Assembly (NCBI GenBank): GCA_963744995.1
Contig: CAVUWA010000004.1
Span: 387,970-451,969 of the forward strand
Direction of reading: 5' to 3'
DNA length: 64,000 nt
Source of the DNA: Candidatus Eiseniibacteriota bacterium
GTDB lineage: Bacteria; Eisenbacteria; RBG-16-71-46
Of this stretch, positions 1-9,480 are shown in pieces. Position numbers and translations under genes: made by a program. Within the stretch, counting starts at the first letter, position 1. Each line of letters starts with the position of its first letter. The notes under the pieces were generated by a model. That model was not told where the DNA came from. It saw nothing but the letters and a program-made list of their open reading frames with translations, and ran no database searches.

Positions 1-111
1 GCGAGCTCGACTTCGACGATCGCGTCGTCCGGTGCCTGCAACACGGGGTCGGCGACTTCTTCGCAGCGCACCGAGCGCAGGCCGTGGTGGGTCAGCGCAC
101 GCACGGCGGCC

Positions 112-927
112 TCACCCTCTCCTGAGCAGGTACAGCGTGAAGCCCATCGTGTCATGGCCCCAGCGCCGAAAGCCTTCGTGCCAGTGGAGCACGTGCGCGC
201 GCATCGCCGCGGCACCCGGCGCGGCGGCGTGGGCGGCGGTCCAGGCGAGGACGCGATCGCGGTAGCCGGTCTCGTACGCCTCCCACTCCGCAGCGCCCGT
301 CGCGCGCACTTCCGTGACCTCGAAGCCGTGGGCGCGCATGCGCTCGAGGTTGGCCGCGTGCGACATCATCTCGTCGCGGGCGGCGCCGATGTGTGCGAGG
401 TAGGCCGGAGCGGGCGGGTGGAGCCAGCAGCCCTCGCCGATCAGCATGCGGCCGCGCGGCGCGAGCAGCGCGCTGAACGAACCGAGCGCCGCGTCGAGCC
501 CGCCGGCCGCGTGGAGCGCGCCCACGCACAGGATGGCGTCGAACGAAGCGGGGGTGAACGCCGCGGCATCGAACGGCTCCGCCCGGAACACGGCAGCGCC
601 CGCAGGCAGCAGCCGGGCGGCGGCCTCCCGCGCGGCAGAGATCGCACGCACATGGATGTCCACGCCCACGCCGCTCGCGCCCGAGCCGCGCAGCGACTCG
701 ATCAGCATGCGGCCGCGCCCGCAGCCCACGTCGAGCACCCGCGCGTCCGTCGCGAGCTCGAGGCGGCCGAGCATCGCTTCCAGCGCGTCCGTGGCCACCG
801 GGTTCCAGTACGGCAGGTCGCCATGGCCGATCTCGGTGAGACGGCTCCGGTCGAAGGCGGCCCGCGGCGCCGCGCTGCCGGCCCCATCGTCCGCCGCGGC
901 GCGGCGCACGCTAGCGCTCGAGCGCAT
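112..927 (-). CDS. Class I SAM-dependent methyltransferase
   Basis: VLDVGCGRG motif I, GVDI motif II, FDAILCVG and LAPRGRMLIGE. Start is uncertain (927 chosen; ORF open to 1002). Confidence 0.8.
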   Translation of the reverse strand: MRSSASVRRAAADDGAGSAAPRAAFDRSRLTEIGHGDLPYWNPVATDALEAMLGRLELATDARVLDVGCGRGRMLIESLRGSGASGVGVDIHVRAISAAREAAARLLPAGAAVFRAEPFDAAAFTPASFDAILCVGALHAAGGLDAALGSFSALLAPRGRMLIGEGCWLHPPAPAYLAHIGAARDEMMSHAANLERMRAHGFEVTEVRATGAAEWEAYETGYRDRVLAWTAAHAAAPGAAAMRAHVLHWHEGFRRWGHDTMGFTLYLLRRG

Positions 928-1267
928 GGCGGAGGAGCGCGGGGCGCGCCGCGGCGCGAGCGTGGACCCATACGGCGCGCCACGGGCCGGCCGGATCGGC
1001 AACGTCCGGTGCGGCCGGGGCCGAGCCGGCGGCAGCCGGCGGCATGAACCACGCGAGTGCGGCGGAGCGGGCGGCGATCATGCGTCGGTTCGACTCCTCA
1101 TGCTCAGGGGTCCGGTGCGGGGAGCGCCGCCGCATGATAGACCGCGAAGCCGGGCCTGCACGGGGAAGCGAACCGATGGGGAACCGGCGCCGACGAACGG
1201 GGTGTCCCCCCGGCCCGGGCGGCCGGCCTCCCGCACGCGCTCCGCGATCCGCGGCACGCATGGATCC

Positions 1268-1296
1268 TTGACAGTGCGGCGCCGGCGGAGGATAGT
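1268..1296 (+). promoter_or_regulatory. Putative sigma70 promoter of the glucan-utilisation operon
   Basis: TTGACA (1268-1273), 17-nt spacer, GATAGT (1291-1296); AT-rich island in GC-rich DNA. Confidence 0.55.
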
Positions 1297-1318
1297 TTGT
1301 TCGACGTATGAACAAAGT
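1294..1318. promoter_or_regulatory. ROK-family operator, copy 1
   Basis: AGTTTGTTC-GACGTAT-GAACAAAGT, a 25-bp palindrome overlapping the -10; two further copies in the window. Confidence 0.75.
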
Positions 1319-1396
1319 AATCCGGTCCGGCACCCCGGTGCGCTGCTGGCGGCGCTGCCGTGGGCTGAGCGGGCCTGCCGACCCCGGAGGCGATAC

Positions 1397-2743
1397 ATGA
1401 TGCGCAGCCACGCCCTGCCCGCGGCGCTCGCCGCCACGCTCCTCGTGCTGCTCGCAAGCGGCTGCGAGCGGAGCACGAACGGGCTTCGTCCCTTCCCTCT
1501 GCCGACCAACCCCGACGTGTTCCTCGACGATTTCAGTCAGGGGGTCGACTTCCAGGCGTTCCTCGGCTCCAAGCTGGACGCGGTCAGTATCGACTCCAAC
1601 GAACGTCACACGGGGACTGCGTCGCTCCGGGTGAGCGTGCCCGCGACCGGGTATGCCGGCGGTGCGTTCGTCGCCAACGTGAACCGCGACCTGTCCGGGT
1701 ACGACGCGCTCACCTTCTGGGCGCGGGCCAGTCAGTCGATCACGTTCGACGTGGCGGGATTCGGCAACGACAACACCGGCACCTCGCGCTTCGAGGCGCG
1801 CCGCAACGCGATTCCGATGACCACGACCTGGACGCGTTACGTGATTCCGATTCCGCGGCCCGCGCGGCTCGATTCCGAACGGGGCCTGTTCTACATGGCC
1901 GAAGCGGAGAACGGGCAGAGCTTCGACGTCTGGTTCGACGACGTCGTCTTCGAGAAGACCAATGCGGTGACCAACCCCCGGCCATCGATGTCGAGTCGCA
2001 CGGTGAACACCTTCGTCGGCGCGAGCCTCAACGTCGAAGGCACGCAGACGATCTTCAACGTGAGCGGCAGCGACGTCACCGTGGGACACATGCCCGGCTA
2101 CTTCGACTTCGCCTCCTCCGACGGCGCGGTCCTCACGACCTCGGGCGGGCGGATTCAGGTGGTCGGCCCCGGCAGCGCGACCGTGACCGCGGAACTCGGC
2201 GGCGTTCCCGCCACCGGCCAGGTGACGGTCAACGCGATCGCCGCCCCGGCGACGCCCGCGCCGACGCCCACGCTTCCGGCGGCGAACGTGATCTCGCTGT
2301 TCAGCAACGCGTATCCGGACGTGCCGGTGGATACCTGGTCCGCCACCTGGGACCTGGCCGACGTCACCGATCTCCAGATCGCCGGCGACGACGTCAAGGG
2401 CTACACCAACCTCGTCTATGCGGGCGTGGAGTTCACCTCGCAGCCGATCGACGCCACCCAGATGACGGCGATCCACCTGGACGTCTACATTCCCTCCGGC
2501 ACGACGTTCAAGGTGAAGCTCGTCGACTTCGGCAGCGACGGCGTCTACGGCGGTGGCAACGACAAGGAGCAGGAGCTCACCTTCAACGCCTCCACGACGC
2601 CGGCCGTCACGCCGGGCACCTGGTCCGCGCTCGAGATTCCGCTCTCCAGCTACACGCTGCTCACCTCGCGCGCGCACCTCGCCCAGCTGGTTCTGTCGGG
2701 GCCCGGCACGGCGTTCGTGGACAATGTCTACTTTCACGACTAG
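1397..2743 (+). CDS. Lipoprotein with two predicted carbohydrate-binding (galactose-binding-like) modules and an Ig-like linker
   Basis: GGAGG RBS, lipobox LASG-C, DLSGYDALTFWARA motif typical of CBM-like domains, PATPAPTPTLPAANVISLFSNAY linker; first gene of the GH16 operon. Confidence 0.7.
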   Translation: MMRSHALPAALAATLLVLLASGCERSTNGLRPFPLPTNPDVFLDDFSQGVDFQAFLGSKLDAVSIDSNERHTGTASLRVSVPATGYAGGAFVANVNRDLSGYDALTFWARASQSITFDVAGFGNDNTGTSRFEARRNAIPMTTTWTRYVIPIPRPARLDSERGLFYMAEAENGQSFDVWFDDVVFEKTNAVTNPRPSMSSRTVNTFVGASLNVEGTQTIFNVSGSDVTVGHMPGYFDFASSDGAVLTTSGGRIQVVGPGSATVTAELGGVPATGQVTVNAIAAPATPAPTPTLPAANVISLFSNAYPDVPVDTWSATWDLADVTDLQIAGDDVKGYTNLVYAGVEFTSQPIDATQMTAIHLDVYIPSGTTFKVKLVDFGSDGVYGGGNDKEQELTFNASTTPAVTPGTWSALEIPLSSYTLLTSRAHLAQLVLSGPGTAFVDNVYFHD

Positions 2744-2776
2744 CGGCTCGCGGGGGCGGTTCAGGGGAGGCGGAAG

Positions 2777-4033
2777 ATGAGCAGGGCGACGGATCGGGGG
2801 AAGGCGGCGAAAGCGGCTTCCGCAGCGGGCCGGTTGCGTCCGCTGGCCGAGATCATCCTCCGGTTGATCTGGAAGGAACGCGAGATTTCGCGCGCGGAGA
2901 TCGCGCGGCGCGTGGAGGTGTCGCGCTCCACCGTCTCGGAAATCGTCGGCGCGCTGCTGCCGAAGGGCTTCGTCGCCGAGGTCGGCACCGGCCCTTCGCG
3001 CGGCGGCCGGCGCCCGATCGTGCTGCGCTTCCAGGACGACGCCTGCTTCATTCTCGGCGTCGAAATGGGCGCGACGCACGTGGCGGTCGCACTGACCAAC
3101 CTGCGCGGCCGGGTGATCGCCTGGCAGCATCGCGACCATCCGGTAAGGCGGGACCCGGACGGCACGCGCGAGCTGATCGGCACGCTGTGCGACGCCTGCC
3201 TCGCCGAAGGGCGGATCAGGTCACGGCGGCTGGTCGGCATCGGCGTCGCGGTCCCGAGTCCCGTGGATCCCGCCCATCCGGACCGGCTCTCGGAGCTGGT
3301 CCTCCCCGACTGGCACGGGCGACTCGGCCTCGAGGGGCTCGGCGCCCGCTACGGCGTACCGCTGTTCGTCGACAATGACGCCAACATGGGCGCGCTCGCC
3401 GAGCACTGGTGGGGCGCCGGGCGCGGCATCGACGACTTCGCCTACATCAAGATCGCGACCGGGCTCGGCTCGGGGCACGTGATCGACGGCGAGATCTACC
3501 GCGGGGCAACGGGCGTCGCCGGTGAGATCGGCCATCTCGCGATGGACCCGCAAGGTGAGCTCTGCGTCTGCGGCCTGCGCGGCTGCCTCGCCACCATCGT
3601 CGGCGCCCCGGCGCTGGTGAAGCGCGCGGAGGCGCTGATGCAGGAACACCCCGGCAGCGTGCTGGCCGGTACGCTGCCGACGATCGCCAGCATCGAGGAC
3701 GCCGCGCTCGCGGGCGATCCACTGGCGCTGCAGCTCACGCATGAGGCGGCGGACCATCTGGGCGTGGCGGTCGCCAGTCTTCTGAACCTGATGAATCCGT
3801 CCATGGTCATCCTCGGCGGCGGGCTCTCGCGACTCGGCGAGCTGCTGCTCGAGCCGCTGCGCGAAACTGCGGCGCGCCGCACCCTGGTGAGCTCGCTCGC
3901 CGTGTCGGCGATCGTCGTCGGCGAGCTCGGCCCGCGCGGGATCGCGGTCGGCGCCTCGACCCTGGTGCTCAAGTCCGCGCTCGACGACTCGCGGCTGTTT
4001 CCGATGCCGCGGCAGCGCAGGGGCGCGGCCTGA
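2777..4033 (+). CDS. ROK family transcriptional repressor (XylR/NagC-like)
   Basis: N-terminal wHTH (ISRAEIARRVEVSRSTVSEIV, SRGGRRP), NDANMGALAE, GEIGH and CVCGLRGCL zinc motif. Confidence 0.93.
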   Translation: MSRATDRGKAAKAASAAGRLRPLAEIILRLIWKEREISRAEIARRVEVSRSTVSEIVGALLPKGFVAEVGTGPSRGGRRPIVLRFQDDACFILGVEMGATHVAVALTNLRGRVIAWQHRDHPVRRDPDGTRELIGTLCDACLAEGRIRSRRLVGIGVAVPSPVDPAHPDRLSELVLPDWHGRLGLEGLGARYGVPLFVDNDANMGALAEHWWGAGRGIDDFAYIKIATGLGSGHVIDGEIYRGATGVAGEIGHLAMDPQGELCVCGLRGCLATIVGAPALVKRAEALMQEHPGSVLAGTLPTIASIEDAALAGDPLALQLTHEAADHLGVAVASLLNLMNPSMVILGGGLSRLGELLLEPLRETAARRTLVSSLAVSAIVVGELGPRGIAVGASTLVLKSALDDSRLFPMPRQRRGAA

Positions 4034-4878
4034 TGCGGCGCGCGGCGGGACGGATCCGGCTCGGCGCCGCCCTCGCCTCTCTGGTGCTGGCGGCCGTTCC
4101 GGCCGCGCTCGCGGGCTGCACGCGACCCTCCAGCCCGGTCGCCGCCGACTGGACCCTGATCTGGCAGGACGAATTCGACGGCGCGGCGGGCACCTCGCCC
4201 GACCACGCGCGCTGGGGCTACGACATCGGCACCGACTGGGGCAACGCGCAGCTCGAATTCGACACCGCGCGACCCGTGAACGTCTCGCTCGACGGCGCCG
4301 GGAACCTGGCGATCACGGCGCGCGAGGAGTCGTATCAGAACCGCGACTACACCTCGGCGCGCATCAACACCAAGGACCGCTTCGCGCAGACCGAGGGCCG
4401 CTTCGAGGCGCGCATCCGCCTGCCGGTCGGCCGCGGCCTGTGGCCGGCGTTCTGGCTGCTCGGCGCCAACATCGCCACCACCCCGTGGCCGGACTGCGGC
4501 GAGATCGACATCATGGAGTACCGCGGGCAGGAGCCGAACGTGCTGCACGGCAGCCTGCACGGCCCCGGCTATTCGGGCGGGTCCGCGCTCACCAACCGCT
4601 ACGTGCTGCCGGGCCCCGACGGGTTCGACCAGGACTTCCACGTCTTCGCGCTCGAGTGGACGAAGGATCGCATCACCTGGTTCGTGGACGGCACGCGCTA
4701 TCTGACGATCGGACCGGGCGATCTGCCGCCGGGCGCGAACTGGGTGTTCGACCATCCGTTCTTCATCGTTCTCGATCTGGCGGTGGGCGGAAACTTCGTC
4801 GGCCCGCCGGACGCGGGGACCACGTTCCCGCAGACGATGCGCGTGGACTGGGTCCGGGTCTACGGCCGGCCCGGCTGA
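4033..4878 (+). CDS. GH16 laminarinase-type endo-beta-1,3-glucanase, lipoprotein
   Basis: WQDEFDG, GWGNAQL-like segment, GLWPAFWLLG, catalytic GEIDIME, FHVFALEW, PFFIVLDLAVGG, MRVDWVRVY; lipobox LAG-C. Confidence 0.93.
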   Translation: MRRAAGRIRLGAALASLVLAAVPAALAGCTRPSSPVAADWTLIWQDEFDGAAGTSPDHARWGYDIGTDWGNAQLEFDTARPVNVSLDGAGNLAITAREESYQNRDYTSARINTKDRFAQTEGRFEARIRLPVGRGLWPAFWLLGANIATTPWPDCGEIDIMEYRGQEPNVLHGSLHGPGYSGGSALTNRYVLPGPDGFDQDFHVFALEWTKDRITWFVDGTRYLTIGPGDLPPGANWVFDHPFFIVLDLAVGGNFVGPPDAGTTFPQTMRVDWVRVYGRPG

Positions 4879-6542
4879 TGCGCCGTGCACTGCCGGTCCG
4901 GGCGCTGGCGGTCCTGCTCGCGACGCTGCTCGCGGGCGGCTGCGCGCGTCACCGTCCCCCCGCCGCGCCGGGCGTGCTGGTGGTGTCGCAGGAACAGCAG
5001 TCCTCATGGGTGCGCAACTTCAATCCGCTGACCACCGCGACCTCCGCACGCTGGCCGACGCTGGCCGGGATCTACGAGCCGCTGTTCGTTTTCAACAGCG
5101 TGCGCACCGAGTACGTGCCGTGGCTGGCGCTCGAGCGCGAGTGGCGTGAGGGCAGCCGCGTCCTGCGCGTCACGACCCGCGACAGCGTGCTGTGGTCCGA
5201 CGGCACGCCGTTCACGGCCCGCGACGTGGCGTTCACATTCGATCTGCTGCGCCGCTTCCGCGCACTCGACCGGCGCGGCGTCTGGGGTTTCCTCGACGGC
5301 GTGCGCGCCGTCGACGCGCATACGGTGGACTTCCATTTCCAGCGCGTGTTCATTCCCGGCTTCGACGAGATCGCCGCGCAGCAGATCGTGCCCGAGCACG
5401 CCTGGCAGGACGTCGCCGACCCGGTCGCCTATGCGAACGAGAACCCCGTCGCGACCGGGCCGTTCACCGAGGTGCGCGTGTTCCGCAACCAGGTGTTCGA
5501 GATTGGCCGCAATCCGCACTACTGGCAGAAGGGGCGGCCCTACCTCGACGCGCTGCGCTTTCCCGCCTACCCGTCCAACGACCGCGCCAACCTCGCCCTG
5601 GTGTTCGACGAAGTGGACTGGGCCGGCAACTTCGTACCGGCCATCGACCGCGTCTACGTGTCGCGCCGGCCCGCGACGCACCACTACTGGTTTCCGCTCA
5701 CCGGCAGCTCGATCTTCCTCTACGCGAACACGACGCGGCCGCCGTTCGACGACGTGCGCGTGCGCAAGGCCATCAGCATGGCGATCGACCGCGACCTGCT
5801 GGTGGACGTCGCGCTCTACCGCTACTCGCGCCCCGCGGACGCCACCGCGCTCAGCGACGGATACGCGGCCTGGCACGACGACTCGATCGCCGCGAGCGGC
5901 GACTGGGTGAATCACGACCCGGACCGGGCGGCGCGGCTGCTGGACGACGCCGGCTACCGTGTGAACGCGGATGGCGTGCGCTGCATGAGCGACGGTACGC
6001 CGCTCCGCTACGAGATCCTGTGCGTCTCGGGCTGGTCGGACTGGGTGCGCGCCTCGCAGGTCATCGCCCGCGGACTCACCGCGATCGGCATCCAGGCCTC
6101 GGTCCGCACCAACGACTTCAGCGCGTGGTTCCAGCGCGTGCAGGAGGGGCAGTTCGACCTGAGCCTGGGCTGGTCGTTCGAGGGCCCGACCCCGTACCTG
6201 TTCTACCGCTGGCTGATGTCCTCGGCCACGGTCAAGCCGATCGGCGAGGCCGCGACCGGCAACTGGCAGCGCTACGGCAGTCCCGCGGCGGATTCGGCGT
6301 TCACCGCGTTCGAGCGCGAGCCCGATCCGGCCGCGCAGCACCGGATCGCGGACCGCATGCAGCAGATTTTCGTCGACGAGGCGCCGGCGATCCCGCTCTA
6401 TCCGAACCCGTCATGGGCCGAGTACAACACCGGCCGCTTCACCGGTTTCCCGTCCGCCGAGGATCCGTACGCGGATCCTTCGCCCAACAAGTTCGACCGT
6501 GGCGAGTGTCTGCTGGTGCTCACGACGCTGCGGCCGAAATAG
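4878..6542 (+). CDS. ABC transporter substrate-binding lipoprotein (family 5, OppA-like; probably oligosaccharide-binding)
   Basis: Lipobox LAGG-C; RNFNP, WSDGTPFTARDVAFTF, ATGPF, PFDDVRVRKAISMAIDR; TGATG coupling to the GH16 gene. Confidence 0.9.
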   Translation: MRRALPVRALAVLLATLLAGGCARHRPPAAPGVLVVSQEQQSSWVRNFNPLTTATSARWPTLAGIYEPLFVFNSVRTEYVPWLALEREWREGSRVLRVTTRDSVLWSDGTPFTARDVAFTFDLLRRFRALDRRGVWGFLDGVRAVDAHTVDFHFQRVFIPGFDEIAAQQIVPEHAWQDVADPVAYANENPVATGPFTEVRVFRNQVFEIGRNPHYWQKGRPYLDALRFPAYPSNDRANLALVFDEVDWAGNFVPAIDRVYVSRRPATHHYWFPLTGSSIFLYANTTRPPFDDVRVRKAISMAIDRDLLVDVALYRYSRPADATALSDGYAAWHDDSIAASGDWVNHDPDRAARLLDDAGYRVNADGVRCMSDGTPLRYEILCVSGWSDWVRASQVIARGLTAIGIQASVRTNDFSAWFQRVQEGQFDLSLGWSFEGPTPYLFYRWLMSSATVKPIGEAATGNWQRYGSPAADSAFTAFEREPDPAAQHRIADRMQQIFVDEAPAIPLYPNPSWAEYNTGRFTGFPSAEDPYADPSPNKFDRGECLLVLTTLRPK

Positions 6543-6551
6543 GAGGCGACC

Positions 6552-7535
6552 GTGCGCTTCATCCTCAGGCGCCTGGGTTTCTACCTGCTCGCGGGGTGGG
6601 CGGCGCTGACGCTCAACTTCTTCCTGCCGCGGCTGATGCCCGGAGATCCCGCGACCGCGCTGTTCGCACGCTTCCGCGGCCGGCTGGCGCCGGAGGCGAT
6701 GGACGCGCTGCGCGAGACGTTCGGCCTCACCCAGGCGCCGCTCTGGAAGCAGTATCTGACGTACCTGTCGCACGTGTTGCGCGGCGACCTCGGCGTGTCG
6801 GTCGCCTACTTCCCCGCGCCGGTGTCGCAGGTGATCGCCACCGGACTGGTGTGGACCCTGTTCCTCGCCGGTACCGCCGTGGTGATCAGCTTCGCGATCG
6901 GCACGCTGCTCGGCATCGTCTCGGCGTGGCGGCGGCGCGGCTGGGTCGACACCTGGCTGCCGTCCACGCTGGTGTTCCTGGGCGCGTTCCCCTACTTCTG
7001 GCTGGCGATGGTCGCCCTGTACGTGCTCGGTTTCGCGCTGGGCTGGTTCCCGCTCGGCCACGCGTACGGCGACGACCTCACTCCCGGCTTCACGTTCGAG
7101 TTCATCGCCGACGTGTTCCGCCACGCCGCGCTGCCGGTGGGCACGGTGGTGATCGCGACGCTCGGCGGCTGGCTGCTGACCATGCGCAACAGCATGATCT
7201 CGATCCTCGGCTCCGACTTCGTCAACCTCGCGCGCGCCAAGGGGCTGACGCCGCGTCGCGTGGTGATGCGTTACGCCGCGCGCAACGCGCTGCTGCCGAG
7301 CGTGACCGGCTTCGGCATGGCGCTCGGCTTCGTGCTCGGCGGCTCGCTGCTGACCGAGATCGTGTTCTCCTACCCCGGACAGGGCTACCTGCTGGTGCAG
7401 GCGGTCCGCAATCAGGACTACGCGCTCATGCAGGGCATCTTTCTGGTGATCACGCTCGCGGTGCTCGGCGCCAACTGGCTGGTGGACCTGGTCTACCTGT
7501 GGCTCGACCCCCGCACCCGGGGGCCGGCATCATGA
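6552..7535 (+). CDS. ABC transporter permease (OppB-like)
   Basis: PRLMPGDP, GDLGVS, EAA loop ARAKGL, YAARNALLP, EIVFSYPG. Confidence 0.93.
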   Translation: MRFILRRLGFYLLAGWAALTLNFFLPRLMPGDPATALFARFRGRLAPEAMDALRETFGLTQAPLWKQYLTYLSHVLRGDLGVSVAYFPAPVSQVIATGLVWTLFLAGTAVVISFAIGTLLGIVSAWRRRGWVDTWLPSTLVFLGAFPYFWLAMVALYVLGFALGWFPLGHAYGDDLTPGFTFEFIADVFRHAALPVGTVVIATLGGWLLTMRNSMISILGSDFVNLARAKGLTPRRVVMRYAARNALLPSVTGFGMALGFVLGGSLLTEIVFSYPGQGYLLVQAVRNQDYALMQGIFLVITLAVLGANWLVDLVYLWLDPRTRGPAS

Positions 7536-8473
7536 GCGGCGCCGCGGCGGTGCACGCGGGCGGGCTCAGCGGCTGGATCGAGGCGATCCGCCGCGACCGC
7601 AAGGCCGCGCTCGGCGCGTCGATCCTCGCGGTGTTCGTGCTGATGGCGGTCGTGGGTCCGCTGTTCGTCGGCGACCCGGATGCACTGGTCGGCGTCCCGC
7701 TGCAGCCGCCCTCGCTCGCGCACTGGCTCGGCACCACCGGCCAGGGCCAGGACGTGTTCGCGCAGATGGTGGTCGGCACCCGCACCTCGCTCGCGATCGG
7801 GCTCGCCGTGGGCGTGATGGTGGTGCTGGTCGGCGCGCTGATCGGCATCGCCGCCGGCTACTTCGGCGGCCGCATCGACGGGCTGCTGTCGCTCCTGTTC
7901 AACGTCTTCCTGGTGATTCCGGGGCTGCCGCTGGCAATCATCATCGCCGCCTACCTCCCGTCCGGTCCGCTCACCCTCGCGTTCGTGCTGACCGTCACCG
8001 GCTGGGCCTGGAACGCGCGGGTCATGCGCTCGCAGACGCTGGCGCAACGACAGCGCGACTTCGTGTCGGCAGCGATCGTGGCCGGTGAGTCGAACCTGCG
8101 CATCATCGCCCGCGAGATCCTGCCGACCATGACGTCGCTGCTGGTGGCGCAGGTGATCGGCAGCACCGTCTATGCGATCGGCGCGCAGGTCGGGCTCGAA
8201 TTCCTCGGGCTTGGCGACGTGTCCACGGTGACCTGGGGCACGAACCTCTACTGGGCCCAGAACGATTCGGCGCTGCTCACCGGCGCGTGGTGGACGTTCG
8301 CGCCGACCGGACTCTGCGTCGCGCTGGTCGGCTTCGCCCTGACGATGCTCAACTCCGGCTTCGACGAGATCACGAATCCGCGCCTGCAGCTGGAGCGCGC
8401 ATGGCGCGCGCACCTCGAAGCGCGCGGTGAGGCGCCGGGGCGTTCGACGCCGGTGGTGATCGACCGTGGCTGA
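7532..8473 (+). CDS. ABC transporter permease (OppC-like)
   Basis: HWLGTTGQGQDVF, RDFVSAAIVAGES, LEFLGLG, TWG; ATGA overlap with the upstream gene. Confidence 0.92.
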   Translation: MSGAAAVHAGGLSGWIEAIRRDRKAALGASILAVFVLMAVVGPLFVGDPDALVGVPLQPPSLAHWLGTTGQGQDVFAQMVVGTRTSLAIGLAVGVMVVLVGALIGIAAGYFGGRIDGLLSLLFNVFLVIPGLPLAIIIAAYLPSGPLTLAFVLTVTGWAWNARVMRSQTLAQRQRDFVSAAIVAGESNLRIIAREILPTMTSLLVAQVIGSTVYAIGAQVGLEFLGLGDVSTVTWGTNLYWAQNDSALLTGAWWTFAPTGLCVALVGFALTMLNSGFDEITNPRLQLERAWRAHLEARGEAPGRSTPVVIDRG

Positions 8474-9449
8474 CGCCCTGCTCTCGATCCGCGACCTCTG
8501 CGTGGACTACGTCACCGACCGCGGGCCGGTGCGCGCCATCGACCATGTTTCGCTCGAGGTGGCGCCCGGCGAAACGGTCGGCATCGCCGGTGAATCCGGC
8601 AGCGGCAAGTCGACGCTCGCGCAGGCGCTCATGCGGATCCTGCCGCCGCCCGCGGTGATCGCCGGCGGCAGCGTGACGTTCGAGGGCCGCGACGTGCTGG
8701 CGCTCGACGAGGCGGAGCTCAGGCGGATGCGCTGGAGCCGCATGGCCATGGTGTTCCAGAGCGCGATGGATGCGCTGAATCCGGTAATCACGGTCGGCGA
8801 GCAGATCGCCGACACGCTGGCGGCACACGATGCACCGCGGCAGGGCCGCGCGCGCGCCGCCGAGCTGCTGGAGATGGTCGGGCTTGCACCGGACCGCGTC
8901 GACGCCTACGCCCACCAGCTCTCGGGCGGGATGCGCCAGCGGGTCGGCATCGCGCTGGCCCTCGCGCTCGATCCTGCGCTGGTGATCCTCGACGAGCCGA
9001 CGACGGCGCTCGACGTCATCGTCGAACGCGACATCCTCGCCCAGATCCGCGGCCTGCAGGAACGGCAGGGCTTCGCCGTGCTGTTCATCACGCACGATCT
9101 CGGCCGCATGCTGCAGTTCTCCGACCGGGTGGCGGTATTCTACGCGGGCCAGGTGGCCGAGGCGGGCCCGGCGGCGGAACTGCGTGAGCGCCCGCGACAT
9201 CCCTACACGCAGGGCCTGATCCACGCCTTCCCCACCGTACACGGCGATCCGCGCGCGGCGGCGAGCATCCCCGGCGCGCCGCCGAGCCTGGTCCACCCGC
9301 CTGCCGGCTGCCGGTTCCACCCGCGCTGCCCGCACGTGATGGACGTGTGCCGGACGCGCGAGCCACAGCCGATCGTGATCGGCCCGGGCCACGCCGCGGC
9401 ATGCCACCTGCTGGACCCGGCCGCGGCCGGGAGCGCGCGCCGCGTTTGA
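8466..9449 (+). CDS. ABC transporter ATP-binding subunit (OppD-like)
   Basis: GESGSGKST, LSGGMRQR, ILDEPTTALD, HPYT and the C-terminal GCRFHPRCP cysteine motif. Confidence 0.95.
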   Translation: MADALLSIRDLCVDYVTDRGPVRAIDHVSLEVAPGETVGIAGESGSGKSTLAQALMRILPPPAVIAGGSVTFEGRDVLALDEAELRRMRWSRMAMVFQSAMDALNPVITVGEQIADTLAAHDAPRQGRARAAELLEMVGLAPDRVDAYAHQLSGGMRQRVGIALALALDPALVILDEPTTALDVIVERDILAQIRGLQERQGFAVLFITHDLGRMLQFSDRVAVFYAGQVAEAGPAAELRERPRHPYTQGLIHAFPTVHGDPRAAASIPGAPPSLVHPPAGCRFHPRCPHVMDVCRTREPQPIVIGPGHAAACHLLDPAAAGSARRV

Positions 9450-9480
9450 CCGCGCCGCGCGCCCGCGCCGCGGCGGACGG

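Noticed and set aside
5192..8473. 1093-aa ORF
   Set aside because: Only the last 313 aa (from 7532) is a real permease; the rest is a GC-rich shadow frame over the binding protein and OppB genes.
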